56,024 nucleotides of DNA from Candidatus Wildermuthbacteria bacterium RIFOXYD1_FULL_50_12 (GCA_001825035.1 MHUO01000006.1:19444-75467), one strand, 5' to 3'. Shown: positions 46,561 through 56,024, counted from the stretch's first letter. The notes: generated by a model from the sequence alone, not told the origin. Translations and numbers: made by a program.

Positions 46561-47304
46561 CTATTCAAGAAAGGCAAACAGCCACATGACGACCAAACCG
46601 CCAAAGAACACGAGGAAGAGAGCAACGGTTTTTGCGGGGTCGCGCTCTTTTCTGAATTCCGGAACAAAATCAGAAGCCCCGATGTAGAGAAAAATTCCGA
46701 CGGCAAAAAGCAGGACGAACGGAATCCACTGGATGAACAGATCTTGAACCAAGAACCCCGCAATCACTCCCAAAAGTATGGAGGTTGCGGAAAGAAAGTT
46801 CAAAATAAGCGCCCGCGTCCTGGAAAATCCGGCGTACAGCAAAACGCCAAACTCAGCTATTTCCTCCGGGATTTCGTGCAGAGCTATTGCCGCTGCCGTG
46901 ATAAATCCTAACTTTGCGTCCACCAGAAAAGCGGCCACGAGAATAATGCCGTCAATGAAATTGTGCACGAAATCTCCCGCCAAACTCAAAATACCCAGTT
47001 CTTGCGGATTGTGTCCGGTATCGCGCTCGGTGGCGTGATGAAGGTGAAGGAGTTTTTCGCCCGCGTAAAGCAACGCAAAGCCGATTATTGGGAACAAAAA
47101 CGCGCTCTCAGGAAGTTCTTCTTCCAGTGCTTCCGGAAGAAAGTGCAAAAACGCGGTTCCCAAGAGAGTTGCCGCTGCCAAGGCGACCAAAAAAATGGTG
47201 AGGTTGCGCAGAAAGCGATCCCTCGTAAGCAAAAGCAGGGCGCCGGAAAACGAAAGCGCGCTTATAAACGCGGCGCTCGCTATGGTATAGAGAAATACAT
47301 TCAT
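46561..47304 (-). CDS. ZIP-family metal transporter
   Basis: HNFIDG and HEIPEE motifs. Confidence 0.92.
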   Translation of the reverse strand: MNVFLYTIASAAFISALSFSGALLLLTRDRFLRNLTIFLVALAAATLLGTAFLHFLPEALEEELPESAFLFPIIGFALLYAGEKLLHLHHATERDTGHNPQELGILSLAGDFVHNFIDGIILVAAFLVDAKLGFITAAAIALHEIPEEIAEFGVLLYAGFSRTRALILNFLSATSILLGVIAGFLVQDLFIQWIPFVLLFAVGIFLYIGASDFVPEFRKERDPAKTVALFLVFFGGLVVMWLFAFLE

Positions 47305-47341
47305 ACGTTGAATATCCTACGCTTGTTATTTGCCACAATTG

Positions 47342-48175
47342 TCAAACACGAAAAGCGATCTGGGAGATTTTACGGAAACGAGAAGGGACGGTCTCGTTTA
47401 AAAACTTCTCTTGCTCCTCGCCTCGAAACTCCATAACTTCCTGCCACACAGCGCGGCCGGCCAAAAAGCCGCGAGCTCCGTTTTCGACAGACGTTTGCAG
47501 TTCTTTTGCGAATTGCTCAAATGAGACGCCGCGCGTCAGGAGAATCCACGGAGTATCTGCCGCAAGCTCGGTTATCTCTTTCGCGAGCTCCGCGCTTCCC
47601 GGAAATTCCAACTTCCATACGTCGGGCTTCACGCCCCTCGCCAACAACATGCGCATTGCCTGAAGCGTTGCCTCTCCCGCGCTCGCGGAATCTCTCGTTT
47701 TCCCATAAGTGACAACTTCCAAAAATAAGGGGATATTTTGGCCGCGGCTGGCCTCCAGCGCCGTTTTCGCCACATCTATTTGATGTTCTGCCGATTTGCC
47801 TTGAGGATCAAAATACAAAAGCAGTTTCGTCCCCGAAGCTCCCCACTCTTTGAGCTGTTTTGCTTCATACTGCAGTTTTGAATAGCGATCTCCCTCCCGC
47901 TCCTCGTACCCTGATTCTTCAAGAGACAAGATATACGGAGTGCCATCCTGCTCTCCAAGCGCTTTTTTATATGCGGGCAGGCCGAAAATGGGATCCAATA
48001 AAACTCCGCTGAACTGGTCTTTGAGCGATCTTAAAATGCGCTCCTTCAGCCCGATTACTTGAACGTCCTGCACCGCGCCGGGATCTCCGGGATTGAGCAG
48101 TTTCTTTAAACTCCCCCGATGATCCAAGGCAAGCATCAAATATTTCCCTTGCCGCGCAAAAATTGAGGTATCCAT
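47342..48175 (-). CDS. Class I aldolase, tagatose-bisphosphate aldolase (LacD) family
   Basis: MLALDHRGS, KLLLY, DVWKLE, GFLAGRAVW. Confidence 0.88.
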   Translation of the reverse strand: MDTSIFARQGKYLMLALDHRGSLKKLLNPGDPGAVQDVQVIGLKERILRSLKDQFSGVLLDPIFGLPAYKKALGEQDGTPYILSLEESGYEEREGDRYSKLQYEAKQLKEWGASGTKLLLYFDPQGKSAEHQIDVAKTALEASRGQNIPLFLEVVTYGKTRDSASAGEATLQAMRMLLARGVKPDVWKLEFPGSAELAKEITELAADTPWILLTRGVSFEQFAKELQTSVENGARGFLAGRAVWQEVMEFRGEEQEKFLNETVPSRFRKISQIAFRV

Positions 48176-48213
48176 ACTTTCCTTTATAACTCATTATGCT
48201 ACAATACGACAAT

Positions 48214-49254
48214 ATGGTTCAGGTGCAAAAACTCGGCGTTGTGCTGGAGCCGACCGAACATCTCTTTGAACGTCTTGCCGTGCTCAATCCGGGCACGTGG
48301 CAGGAGGGGAACACCACTCACATGTTTTACCGCGCGCTGGATGAAGACCACTGTTCCACCGTCGGATACGCCAAACTCGAAGGGCCCATGAATGTGGTGG
48401 AACGCTGGGAGAAACCCATCCTACTGGGCACGCATCCTTATGAACATAAAGGGATGGAAGATCCGCGCATCGTGAAAATAGAAAATACCTTCTACCTGTT
48501 TTATGTCGCGCACGACGGAAAAAATGCTGTGACCGCGTACGCGACGAGCAAGGACCTACGCTCCTTTGAGAAAAAGGGAATCATCAGCCCCAAGATCGCT
48601 TACCGCGAGTTTGACGCGCTCAACGACGAGCTTCAGCTCAAAGACGCCTACTCTTTTTTCGCTTCCTACTACCAAGAAGAAGCGGGCATAGACGTTCTCC
48701 TGTGGCATAAAGACGTGTTCCCCTTTCCGCGCAAAATCCGGGGGAAATACGTCTTGATGCACCGAATCCTGCCCGACATTCAAATTGCGTTCTGTGACAA
48801 CTTTGAACAGCTCCAGCAAGAGGAATATTGGCGGGAAGAACTCAGGAAACTTCCGGAGCACGTTATTTTGGAGAATAAGCACTGGTTTGAATCGCGAAGC
48901 ATCGGAGGGGGATGCACCCCCATAGAAACGGATGAGGGCTGGGTTATTATCTTCCATACGGTAGAAGCGAGAAACGAAGGAAGAGTGTATCATGCGTGCG
49001 CCGCGCTTTTAGACAAGGAAAATCCTTTAAAGGTAATTGGCCGACTCCACGAACCCTTATTCTCGCCCACGGAAGAATGGGAGAAAGAAGGATTTGTTTC
49101 AAATGTTGTCTTCCCCACCGGTACCGCCCTTTTTGAAGACACGCTTTACGTATATTACGGGGCGGCGGACGCGAGAATTGCCGTTGCTTCTCTTAGCCTT
49201 TCTGAGCTTCTGACCGAAATGAAAGATCCCACGAAAAGACACCACGGCTCATGA
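48214..49254 (+). CDS. GH130-like beta-propeller glycosidase/phosphorylase
   Basis: VLNPG, YRA, EDPR, KD, NVVFP, YYGAAD. Confidence 0.85.
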   Translation: MVQVQKLGVVLEPTEHLFERLAVLNPGTWQEGNTTHMFYRALDEDHCSTVGYAKLEGPMNVVERWEKPILLGTHPYEHKGMEDPRIVKIENTFYLFYVAHDGKNAVTAYATSKDLRSFEKKGIISPKIAYREFDALNDELQLKDAYSFFASYYQEEAGIDVLLWHKDVFPFPRKIRGKYVLMHRILPDIQIAFCDNFEQLQQEEYWREELRKLPEHVILENKHWFESRSIGGGCTPIETDEGWVIIFHTVEARNEGRVYHACAALLDKENPLKVIGRLHEPLFSPTEEWEKEGFVSNVVFPTGTALFEDTLYVYYGAADARIAVASLSLSELLTEMKDPTKRHHGS

Positions 49255-51449
49255 TCCCCAATAGATCGCGCTTCATTCTCTATCTCTCCACCTACCCTCC
49301 CCGCGAATGCGGCATTGCCACGTTTACCAAAGATTTGGCTGAAGCGGTTCAGCGAAAGTACAATCCGGCGTTAAAACCCAGAATTCTTGCCATAAACAAC
49401 GATATTACCGACATCTTCGCCTACGACCGGCATGTCGCACGGCAGATGTACGCGGGAAACATTGAGGACTACACCGCCTTGGCGCAAGAGCTCAACGAGA
49501 CGTCCGAGGTAAAGCTTGTCCATATTCAGCACGAATTCGGCATTTTCGGCGGTAACTGGAGCGACTACCTCATTCCTTTTTTCCAGACGATTCAAAAACC
49601 CGTCATCATTACCCTCCATACCGTCCTTCCCAAACCCGACAAAACTCTCCTGCGGGTGGTCAGATTCATGCTCCAGCACTGTCAAGCGGTTATCGTGATG
49701 AACGAATTTGCCCGTCAGATACTCATAAAAGAATACGGAGCTTCAGAAGAACGCATCGCGGTGATTCCGCACGGCATCCCTTACGTTTCATCTCCCAACG
49801 GCCGGCAGGAAAAGCAGCGCATAGGCCTGGAAAATCATCTGGTGCTTTCCACCTTTGGCCTTTTGAGCCCGGGAAAGGGCATTGAATACGCTTTGCGCGC
49901 ACTCCCTCCGGTTGCAAAACGCCACCCAAACTTACTCTATCTCATTATCGGAGTTACCCACCCCATCGTCCGGAAAGCGGCGGGCGAAACATATCGCAAT
50001 TTTCTCCAGCACGAAGTCAAACGGCTGGGTCTTTCTTCCCATGTGCGATTTTACAATAAGTATCTTACGGAAGAAGAAATTACCGGTCTCTTGAGGAGCA
50101 CGGACATTTATCTTTCCCCCTCCATTGACCGCAATCAATCCTCAAGCGGCACCCTTTCTTACGCTTTGGGCTGCGGCACACCCGTAATCAGCACCGACTC
50201 CCTCTACGCCCGCAGTTTGGTCACGCCCGAGATGGGCGTGCTCGTGAAGCCCAAAAAACCAAAGGCCATTACCGAGGCACTCATGGAGCTGTGCCGCGAC
50301 CCCCAACGCATAGCCGAAATGGGCAAAACCGCGTTCGCGCAAACGCGGCATATGACGTGGCCGAACGTGGCCCTCGGCCATTTCAACCTCTATCAAAAAT
50401 TTGTCCGCCTGGAGGACGAGCAAAAGGTTCCCGAACTCTCCCTGCGACACCTCAAAAAGCTCACCGACGACTTTGGCATTATCCAATTTGCGAAGCACAC
50501 GAAGCCCGACCTGCACTATGGATACGCAACGGACGACAACGCGAGAGCGCTTATCGTAACAACCCAGGCGCTCGCGCATCTTGGAGAGAATTCAGAAATC
50601 CTTGCGCTCGCCAAGCGCTACCTCAAATTCATCTCGCGCATGCAACGTCCGAGCGGAACCTTCGCCAATCTCGTGAACGGCAAACGCAAAATTATGCGCC
50701 AGCAGCCGAGCGAAGACGCGCAGGGGCGAGCACTGTGGGCGCTCGGCTATCTTATAAGTCAAGACACCCTTCCCCGCGAGATGCGAAAAGAGGCCGAACG
50801 GATGTTCCGCAAGGCGACCCCAGCCATTCGCGAACTCGCTTCCCCGCGTGCAATTGCCTTTGCGATCCTCGGTTTCTTCTGGTACACGAAATCAAAGGCG
50901 AGCGTGCGCCACACTCGTCTGCTGCGCGAACTTGCGGACAAACAAATTGCCAGCTACCTGCAAGCCGCGGGAGAGGATTGGCTTTGGTTTGAACAAGCTC
51001 TTACATATTCTAACAGCAAGCTTCCCGAATCCCTCTTTTACGCGTATCTCGCGACCAAGAAAAAGTCATACCTCCAAGTTGCGGAAAAAACTTTGGATTT
51101 CCTCATTGATATTACGTTTGAGAAAGGGTACTTTGCTCCCATCGGACAAAACGGCTGGTATCTCCGGAGCGGAAAGCGCGCGTACTTTGACCAGCAGCCG
51201 GAAGACGCCTCTTCCATGGTGCAAACGCTGGCTGTCGCTTGGCGCATTACGGGCAAAACGAAATATCGCAAACTCGCACTGGACACTTTTCAATGGTTTT
51301 TGGGGAAAAACCATTTAAATCAAATGGTGTACGATGAAGTAACGGGCGGCTGCTACGACGGCCTCGGCCAGCACACGCTCAACCTCAATCAAGGAGCCGA
51401 GTCCACCATTTCGTATCTTTTGGCCCGCCTCGCAATAGAAGAACTATGA
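49251..51449 (+). CDS. GT4 glycosyltransferase fused to an (alpha/alpha)6 glycosidase-like domain
   Basis: STYPPRECGIATF, QHEFG; C-half YATDDNARAL, FDQQP, NQGAEST. Confidence 0.85.
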   Translation: MIPNRSRFILYLSTYPPRECGIATFTKDLAEAVQRKYNPALKPRILAINNDITDIFAYDRHVARQMYAGNIEDYTALAQELNETSEVKLVHIQHEFGIFGGNWSDYLIPFFQTIQKPVIITLHTVLPKPDKTLLRVVRFMLQHCQAVIVMNEFARQILIKEYGASEERIAVIPHGIPYVSSPNGRQEKQRIGLENHLVLSTFGLLSPGKGIEYALRALPPVAKRHPNLLYLIIGVTHPIVRKAAGETYRNFLQHEVKRLGLSSHVRFYNKYLTEEEITGLLRSTDIYLSPSIDRNQSSSGTLSYALGCGTPVISTDSLYARSLVTPEMGVLVKPKKPKAITEALMELCRDPQRIAEMGKTAFAQTRHMTWPNVALGHFNLYQKFVRLEDEQKVPELSLRHLKKLTDDFGIIQFAKHTKPDLHYGYATDDNARALIVTTQALAHLGENSEILALAKRYLKFISRMQRPSGTFANLVNGKRKIMRQQPSEDAQGRALWALGYLISQDTLPREMRKEAERMFRKATPAIRELASPRAIAFAILGFFWYTKSKASVRHTRLLRELADKQIASYLQAAGEDWLWFEQALTYSNSKLPESLFYAYLATKKKSYLQVAEKTLDFLIDITFEKGYFAPIGQNGWYLRSGKRAYFDQQPEDASSMVQTLAVAWRITGKTKYRKLALDTFQWFLGKNHLNQMVYDEVTGGCYDGLGQHTLNLNQGAESTISYLLARLAIEEL

Positions 51450-52585
51450 TTGAACAGGCAAAAGAAAAGGCAATTGAAGTACTGAAGCGCTGCGCCAAGC
51501 CCAAAGGTTTCTACGCTTCTGGATTGCCCAGAGGGTACCAAGCCCTGTGGGCGCGCGACAGCATGGTAACCTCGCTCGGCGCTTCACTGATGGGGACGAT
51601 ATTTCAGGCGCCTTTCCAAAAAAGCTTAAAACTTTTGAGCGAACACCAATCCGAGCTCGGCCAAATCCCCAATGCCGTAGGCAGCTATAATAGAGAACGC
51701 AAATCAGATGTTACCTTTAACTCCATTGACTCTTCGCTTTGGTACCTGATCGGGCATCAGGTATATGCAAAAGCGTACAAGGGCCAATCGCTTCTTCAAA
51801 AACAAAAAAAGAATATTGAAAAAGCACTCCTTTGGCTGCAATATCAAGACCCGAACGAAGACAAGCTTTTGGTGCAGCAACCCACGATGGACTGGCAGGA
51901 CGCGTTTCCCCACAAATATGGAAGAGTTCTCAATGCCCAAGCGCTTTATTATGCGGTGCTACAACTGTATGGCAAAACGGAACTGGCTGGTCGCATACGA
52001 GGCGTGGTCAACGGGGAAATTGAGCAATATCTTTCCCTATACGACAAAAAACTCGGATATTATCTGCCGTGGATTTGGAAAAATCACAACGGGGACCGCG
52101 AACAGGGAGAATGGTTTGACACGCTCGGCAATCTTTTGGCAATCGTAACCGGCCTTGCCACGAGCGAAATCGCCCAATCTATCCTGCGGCATGTGGAAGA
52201 AAAACAAATCAACAAGCCCTATCCCTGCCGCGCCATTGATCCTCCGCTGGAACCCGGCGGTAAAGAATGGCATTCCTATTTTGAAAAGTGCGACGCAAAA
52301 ACTCCTTACCACTATTCAAATGCCGGAGTTTGGCCGTTCATCGGCGGCTTTTATGCCGCGGCCCTCGTAAGGGCAGGGCAACACAAAAAAGCTTCGCAGG
52401 AGCTGGAACTGCTGGCAGAAGCAAATCGAAAACGGAAAGACAAGGGAGAATGGGGTTTTCAGGAGTGGCTGCACGGCAAAACCGGTGAAGCCATAGGCAA
52501 TTCAGAGCCCTACCAAGCGTGGTCCGCAGGCATGTACTTGTTTGCCGCAGAATGCGTCTCTCACCAATCCGTCCCCTACTTTTGA
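51446..52585 (+). CDS. (alpha/alpha)6 glycoside hydrolase (GH100 / glycogen-debranching-like)
   Basis: WARDS, YSNAGVWPF, FQEWLHG, QAWSAG. Confidence 0.82.
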   Translation: MIEQAKEKAIEVLKRCAKPKGFYASGLPRGYQALWARDSMVTSLGASLMGTIFQAPFQKSLKLLSEHQSELGQIPNAVGSYNRERKSDVTFNSIDSSLWYLIGHQVYAKAYKGQSLLQKQKKNIEKALLWLQYQDPNEDKLLVQQPTMDWQDAFPHKYGRVLNAQALYYAVLQLYGKTELAGRIRGVVNGEIEQYLSLYDKKLGYYLPWIWKNHNGDREQGEWFDTLGNLLAIVTGLATSEIAQSILRHVEEKQINKPYPCRAIDPPLEPGGKEWHSYFEKCDAKTPYHYSNAGVWPFIGGFYAAALVRAGQHKKASQELELLAEANRKRKDKGEWGFQEWLHGKTGEAIGNSEPYQAWSAGMYLFAAECVSHQSVPYF

Positions 52586-52607
52586 GAGGCATGTACTCGC
52601 CTCTCTT

Positions 52608-53753
52608 CTACGAAAGCTGTAGGCGATCTTTGATCGTAGCAGTCATTTGGGCGGCGAGCTTGCGGTAATCAAAGTTCTGCACGGCGCGCTCGCGGGCGAG
52701 GCGGCCCATTTCAGCTCTCCTTTCCGTATTCGTCAGCAGCAAAAACAGATATTCTGCCAGCTCGTCTACGTCCGCCCGGTAGGCGAAGGTCTTGGGTTCA
52801 TCAAACACAATGCGTCCCTGCTTTTTGAACCCCATATCGGGATAAATGATCTCGCTTTCCAAATCAACCGTCTCTGCGACGCGCGCTAAAAACCCGGTTT
52901 TTCCGTGCACGATTGTTTCTTTCGGCCCCATAGCGTCAATGGACACCACCGGAATACCGCACGCCTGAGCTTCCACCTGAATCATGCCGTATCCCTCAAG
53001 CCGACTGGGCGCCGCGTAAATATCTGCCGCGTTCAGCAAAAACGGCATAAACTCGCGCGAATAAGAGCCCGCCGCAAACACAATTTTCTTTCTGTCCAAG
53101 CCGAGCTCTTCAATGAGCTCCACCTCCTCGTCTGAGTGGTCGCGCTCATTTTCTTCTTCCCAGGACTTGCAAACATATTTCCATTTGGCAAACTCCCGGT
53201 CTATTTTTGCCAAAGCCCGAAATACTTCCTGCGCGCCTTTTGAAGTTACGTCTCCCCCAACGGTCAGAATCATTTTCTCGTCTTCTGCCACCCCGAGCAT
53301 CTTCCGTATATGGGAAACGCGCGGATCACTCTTGGAAATGGGTCTGAAAAAATCCGGCTCTACTCCTATGTGGGCCACCGCAAAATTTTTCGTGTCCACG
53401 CCGTCTCTCGCGTAGGTCTGGCGCACCCAGTCGGACGTTACAAACGCAAGAGGCAGGCCCCCGATTAAATCGTGGTAGTTGGCAACCCACCCGTCCGCCA
53501 CCAGCCAAGGCACAGGGGTTATTCCGAATTTTTGCGGATGTAAAATGAGCTCTGGCGCATATCCCCAAAAGCCGACGCCTATAGCCACATCCGGCCGAAA
53601 TGTTTTATAAAGCCATTCCTTCTGTACGTCAGACCGCCAGTGGCAAGGCATCACCTCTTCGCCGTTCTTCTTCAGGGCGCGATATAGCATATCGCCCTGC
53701 AAGCTTAAGCCGTCGGTCTCAACAGGATGCGCATACAACACCGCCGATTTCAT
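52608..53753 (-). CDS. GT4 glycosyltransferase
   Basis: PSRLEGYGMIQVEAQACG, ETIVHGKTG. Confidence 0.9.
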   Translation of the reverse strand: MKSAVLYAHPVETDGLSLQGDMLYRALKKNGEEVMPCHWRSDVQKEWLYKTFRPDVAIGVGFWGYAPELILHPQKFGITPVPWLVADGWVANYHDLIGGLPLAFVTSDWVRQTYARDGVDTKNFAVAHIGVEPDFFRPISKSDPRVSHIRKMLGVAEDEKMILTVGGDVTSKGAQEVFRALAKIDREFAKWKYVCKSWEEENERDHSDEEVELIEELGLDRKKIVFAAGSYSREFMPFLLNAADIYAAPSRLEGYGMIQVEAQACGIPVVSIDAMGPKETIVHGKTGFLARVAETVDLESEIIYPDMGFKKQGRIVFDEPKTFAYRADVDELAEYLFLLLTNTERRAEMGRLARERAVQNFDYRKLAAQMTATIKDRLQLS

Positions 53754-54355
53754 ACGTATTTGGAAAACGTCTCTATTGGAGCACAGCTGCGGTTTTCAAA
53801 GCTCTGCGCTTCAAATCCATAAAGCTCCTTCATGATACCTCTCTTTGCCCGCCATTCTTTTGCCGATAGCTCCACTGCGCGCGGAACATTTTCTTGCGGT
53901 ATGGCAACCTTTTTCTTTTCATCAAGGCGGTAAGCGAAAAAGAATGCTGTTCTGGCTTTCAGCTCCCCTGTCTTGAGCATTTCTTTAACCGCGTGGTGTG
54001 TTCCCTTGTGCCGAGGATGGCCGTATTCGCCATTCGCCCCGTGTGTAAAAACAACGTCCCACTTTTTTTCAGGAAGTTCTTTTCGGAGAATGTTTTGTAT
54101 CGCGGAGATGCTCTCTTGAATACTCATAACCCCCTCGTCCTCCAGATCGCAAATCAAACCGCTTGCGCCATAGTGCTTTGCCACGCGCTTAAATTTTGGC
54201 ATACGGTCCGGATCCGATTTCAGGCAAAGCGCAACTAAGGTCCATTGTACTTTTTTGTGCCGCGCTATAGTGCCGCCCATCCAAATCGTTTCGTCGTCAG
54301 GATGCGCCACGATTACAAGCACCCGCGCCCCCTCATCTAACTTGAGCCGCTCCAT
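53750..54355 (-). CDS. PIG-L/LmbE-family deacetylase
   Basis: AHPDDE, GEYGHPRH. Confidence 0.88.
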   Translation of the reverse strand: MERLKLDEGARVLVIVAHPDDETIWMGGTIARHKKVQWTLVALCLKSDPDRMPKFKRVAKHYGASGLICDLEDEGVMSIQESISAIQNILRKELPEKKWDVVFTHGANGEYGHPRHKGTHHAVKEMLKTGELKARTAFFFAYRLDEKKKVAIPQENVPRAVELSAKEWRAKRGIMKELYGFEAQSFENRSCAPIETFSKYV

Positions 54356-54842
54356 GACAATCCCTATACTTTTTGCCCGAACCGCAGTGGCAGGGCACGC
54401 CTCCTATAAAATTTTCCGAAAGCCACGAGCTCGACTGCACCTTCCCCCCGCGTCCCACGTTAAACACCATTTTGCATCCGATTTCGTTGCATAAGGCAAC
54501 TTCGGGAATATTGTCTTCCTTCCGGTCGCCGCCGTTGGCAAAAATGTGCGGACGGAGCTCCGAAAGCTCCTGATACACGCTCATATCCGCGGGGTCTTGC
54601 GGATGTTTGGTGATCACGACGCGATCCACCACGGTCAGGGACTGCAAAATCTCCGCCCGTTCTTCTTGGGGCATAAACACATAACCCTTTTTCTTCAAGA
54701 GCCAGTTGTCGTTGTTCAAAATAACGATAAGCTCGTCGCCCAATGCCTTGGCTTCCTGGAAAAGCCGCACGTGACCAATGTGCAAAGGGTCAAACCCCCC
54801 ACTCACCGCAACGACAATGCGTTCTACCGATGTCTCGTCCAT
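54333..54842 (-). CDS. Cytidylyl/adenylyltransferase (TagD/RfaE-like) with C-terminal SEC-C motif
   Basis: GGFDPLHIGH, K.QSSS; PCHCGSGKKYRDCHG. Confidence 0.85.
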   Translation of the reverse strand: MDETSVERIVVAVSGGFDPLHIGHVRLFQEAKALGDELIVILNNDNWLLKKKGYVFMPQEERAEILQSLTVVDRVVITKHPQDPADMSVYQELSELRPHIFANGGDRKEDNIPEVALCNEIGCKMVFNVGRGGKVQSSSWLSENFIGGVPCHCGSGKKYRDCHGAAQVR

Positions 54843-54948
54843 AGATACGTCATTCTAACAGAGCTTTCCAAAAATGGAAGAGCCCCTGCCGTTTCAACGG
54901 TTCGCCTCAAGAATGCTTTCGTCAATCATAACGCAATGAAAAGGAGTT

Positions 54949-55374
54949 TCAGGAGAGAAAAAGATACTGAAACGTCACCAGCAAAAGAGCGAAAAGCGTG
55001 AGAACCGTTGCCCCTCTCTGGGGCATGCCCCAGCCGGCTTTTTCAAAGAATTTTTTGATTATCATGTGCCGATACTTTCTTGCTTCACTCAGCTTCTCTC
55101 CTTTCGCAATCTGCTCAAGAGTGGTGAGAATGCAGACCAATTCGTACCGCTTGGTAAACAGCATTAAAATCGCTCCCCAAATCATCTGGTGGATTACGAC
55201 TCCCCACGTAAAGAAAAAATGGAAGGAAATCTTGCTCGTCCAAAGAGTGGGGGGCACGAAAAAGAGGCCAACCCAAAGAGCGCCTATCAAAAAATGAATT
55301 CCGAAAATGATGCGGGCAAGCCGAGCTCGCAGCTTTGTATGGTAATACCTGCTAACTTTCTTGACCGGGTTCAT
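54949..55374 (-). CDS. DUF2784-like membrane protein
   Basis: HFL...CILTTLE motif, three TMs. Confidence 0.6.
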   Translation of the reverse strand: MNPVKKVSRYYHTKLRARLARIIFGIHFLIGALWVGLFFVPPTLWTSKISFHFFFTWGVVIHQMIWGAILMLFTKRYELVCILTTLEQIAKGEKLSEARKYRHMIIKKFFEKAGWGMPQRGATVLTLFALLLVTFQYLFLS

Positions 55375-55452
55375 GGTGCGACTATTTTATTTTAGCACAT
55401 CTCGAGAATAAAAAACAAGTCGCCCGAAGTTCTCCAGGGCAACACCCCTCTC

Positions 55453-55481
55453 TTGAATTCCTCTTCTCAGCTTGCTATACT
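55453..55481 (+). promoter_or_regulatory. Sigma70 promoter for the tRNA (TTGAAT-N17-TATACT, TG-extended)
   Basis: Ends 10 nt upstream of the tRNA 5' end. Confidence 0.6.
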
Positions 55482-55491
55482 GTTCGTGTAT

Positions 55492-55525
55492 TCCGGTGTA
55501 GCGCAGCGGTAGCGCAGGGGACTGT
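55492..55525 (+). tRNA. 5' exon of an intron-split tRNA, probably tRNA-Asn(GUU)
   Basis: TCCGGTG-TA-GCGC-AGCGGTA-GCGC-A-GGGGA-CTGT gives acceptor, D arm and anticodon 5' side; the U1-C-C start is typical of Asn; 3' exon lies outside the window. Confidence 0.8.
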
Positions 55526-56024
55526 ACATTAAAAGCCGTTCGTATGGTATACTTATATGTGTATGCCAGACAAACGCAAATATGCCGACCGCGCTGAGTA
55601 TTTGAAGAGAGCTGTTGCAAAAAGAAGGAGAAAGCTTCGGGAAATGGCCATCAAATACAAGGGCGGGGAATGTATTCTCTGTGGATATAGTAAATGTAAT
55701 TGGGCATTTGATCTTCATCATATACATGGTGAAGACAAAGGGTTTGGGTTGTCTGCCGATGGTCTTACTCGTTCGTGGGAAAAGACTAGAGAGGAAGCAG
55801 ATAAGTGCATACTTGTATGCGCCAACTGTCACAGGGAAATACATGCTGGCATAGTGCAGCTTCCAAGAGAAATCTTGGATGAAAAACGAGGTGAATTGCG
55901 GGAAACCTAAGTTACTCCGCTGGAGAATAAGGTAATCCGCAGCCAAGCCCTTTCCTAGTTTTATGCGAGAAAGGGAAGGTTCAGAGACTATCCTATAAAG
56001 GAGTACTGTCCACCAACAGGTGGA
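55526..56024 (+). mobile_element. Group I intron (incomplete at 3' end) with homing endonuclease in L1
   Basis: P2 TCCAAGA-GAAA-TCTTGGA; P element GAATTGCGGGAAAC; Q AATCCGCAGC; R TTCAGAGACTA; two hairpins after P7. Confidence 0.88.
55563..55910 (+). CDS. HNH (homing) endonuclease
   Basis: CILCGY...FDLHH...KCILVCANCHREIH; start at 55557 or 55563. Confidence 0.85.
   Translation: MPDKRKYADRAEYLKRAVAKRRRKLREMAIKYKGGECILCGYSKCNWAFDLHHIHGEDKGFGLSADGLTRSWEKTREEADKCILVCANCHREIHAGIVQLPREILDEKRGELRET

Noticed and set aside
55492-55560. Intact tRNA-Tyr(GTA), or an intron at 33/34 using the local GTATGGT pairing
   Set aside because: No 3' anticodon stem or T arm follows; the acceptor stem is Asn-like; the P1 partner adjacent to P2 favours 35/36, though the 3' exon is needed to be certain
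273-55946. Numerous antisense or overlapping ORFs in the track (e.g. 841..1605+, 21336..22094+, 40123..41061+, 55467..55946-)
   Set aside because: They shadow well-supported genes and show no recognisable motifs
1-56024. CRISPR array or cas genes
   Set aside because: No regularly spaced direct repeats or cas-like ORFs seen

Overview
Gene-dense, almost entirely minus-strand bacterial region. Gene content (DUF5667/DUF5671-type secreted proteins, split transketolase, PGI/PMI, many TAnnnT-N6-ATG starts) suggests a Patescibacteria/CPR (Parcubacteria-like) genome using code 11; this taxonomy is inference. Main parts: (i) 1-19.5 kb, a sugar/pentose-phosphate cluster (rpiB, rpe, two transketolase halves, pfkB kinase, pgi/pmi) interrupted by five membrane-anchored surface-protein genes plus two type II TA modules. 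The five genes share two short DNA boxes (WQTYRNEEFGFE and QILSTFRF) and are mosaics of exchangeable N-, middle- and C-modules, with orphan module remnants nearby. This is the best candidate for an undescribed diversification system. (ii) 19.7-22.4 kb, a cobalamin-riboswitch-like RNA with terminator upstream of a DUF4430 gene and a ComEA-HhH/prenyltransferase-repeat fusion, resembling a split transcobalamin-like B12 capture system. (iii) prmC with a curious uORF, and MacAB-like and MsbA-like ABC transporters. (iv) A CsoR-regulated copper island with a clear promoter/operator and a nonsense-interrupted DUF411 gene. (v) Envelope and housekeeping genes and two glyco-enzyme operons. (vi) At the right end, a tRNA (probably Asn) split in the anticodon by a group I intron carrying an HNH endonuclease. 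Short palindromic elements are inserted in-frame in several proteins. All family assignments are from motif recognition, not database searches.
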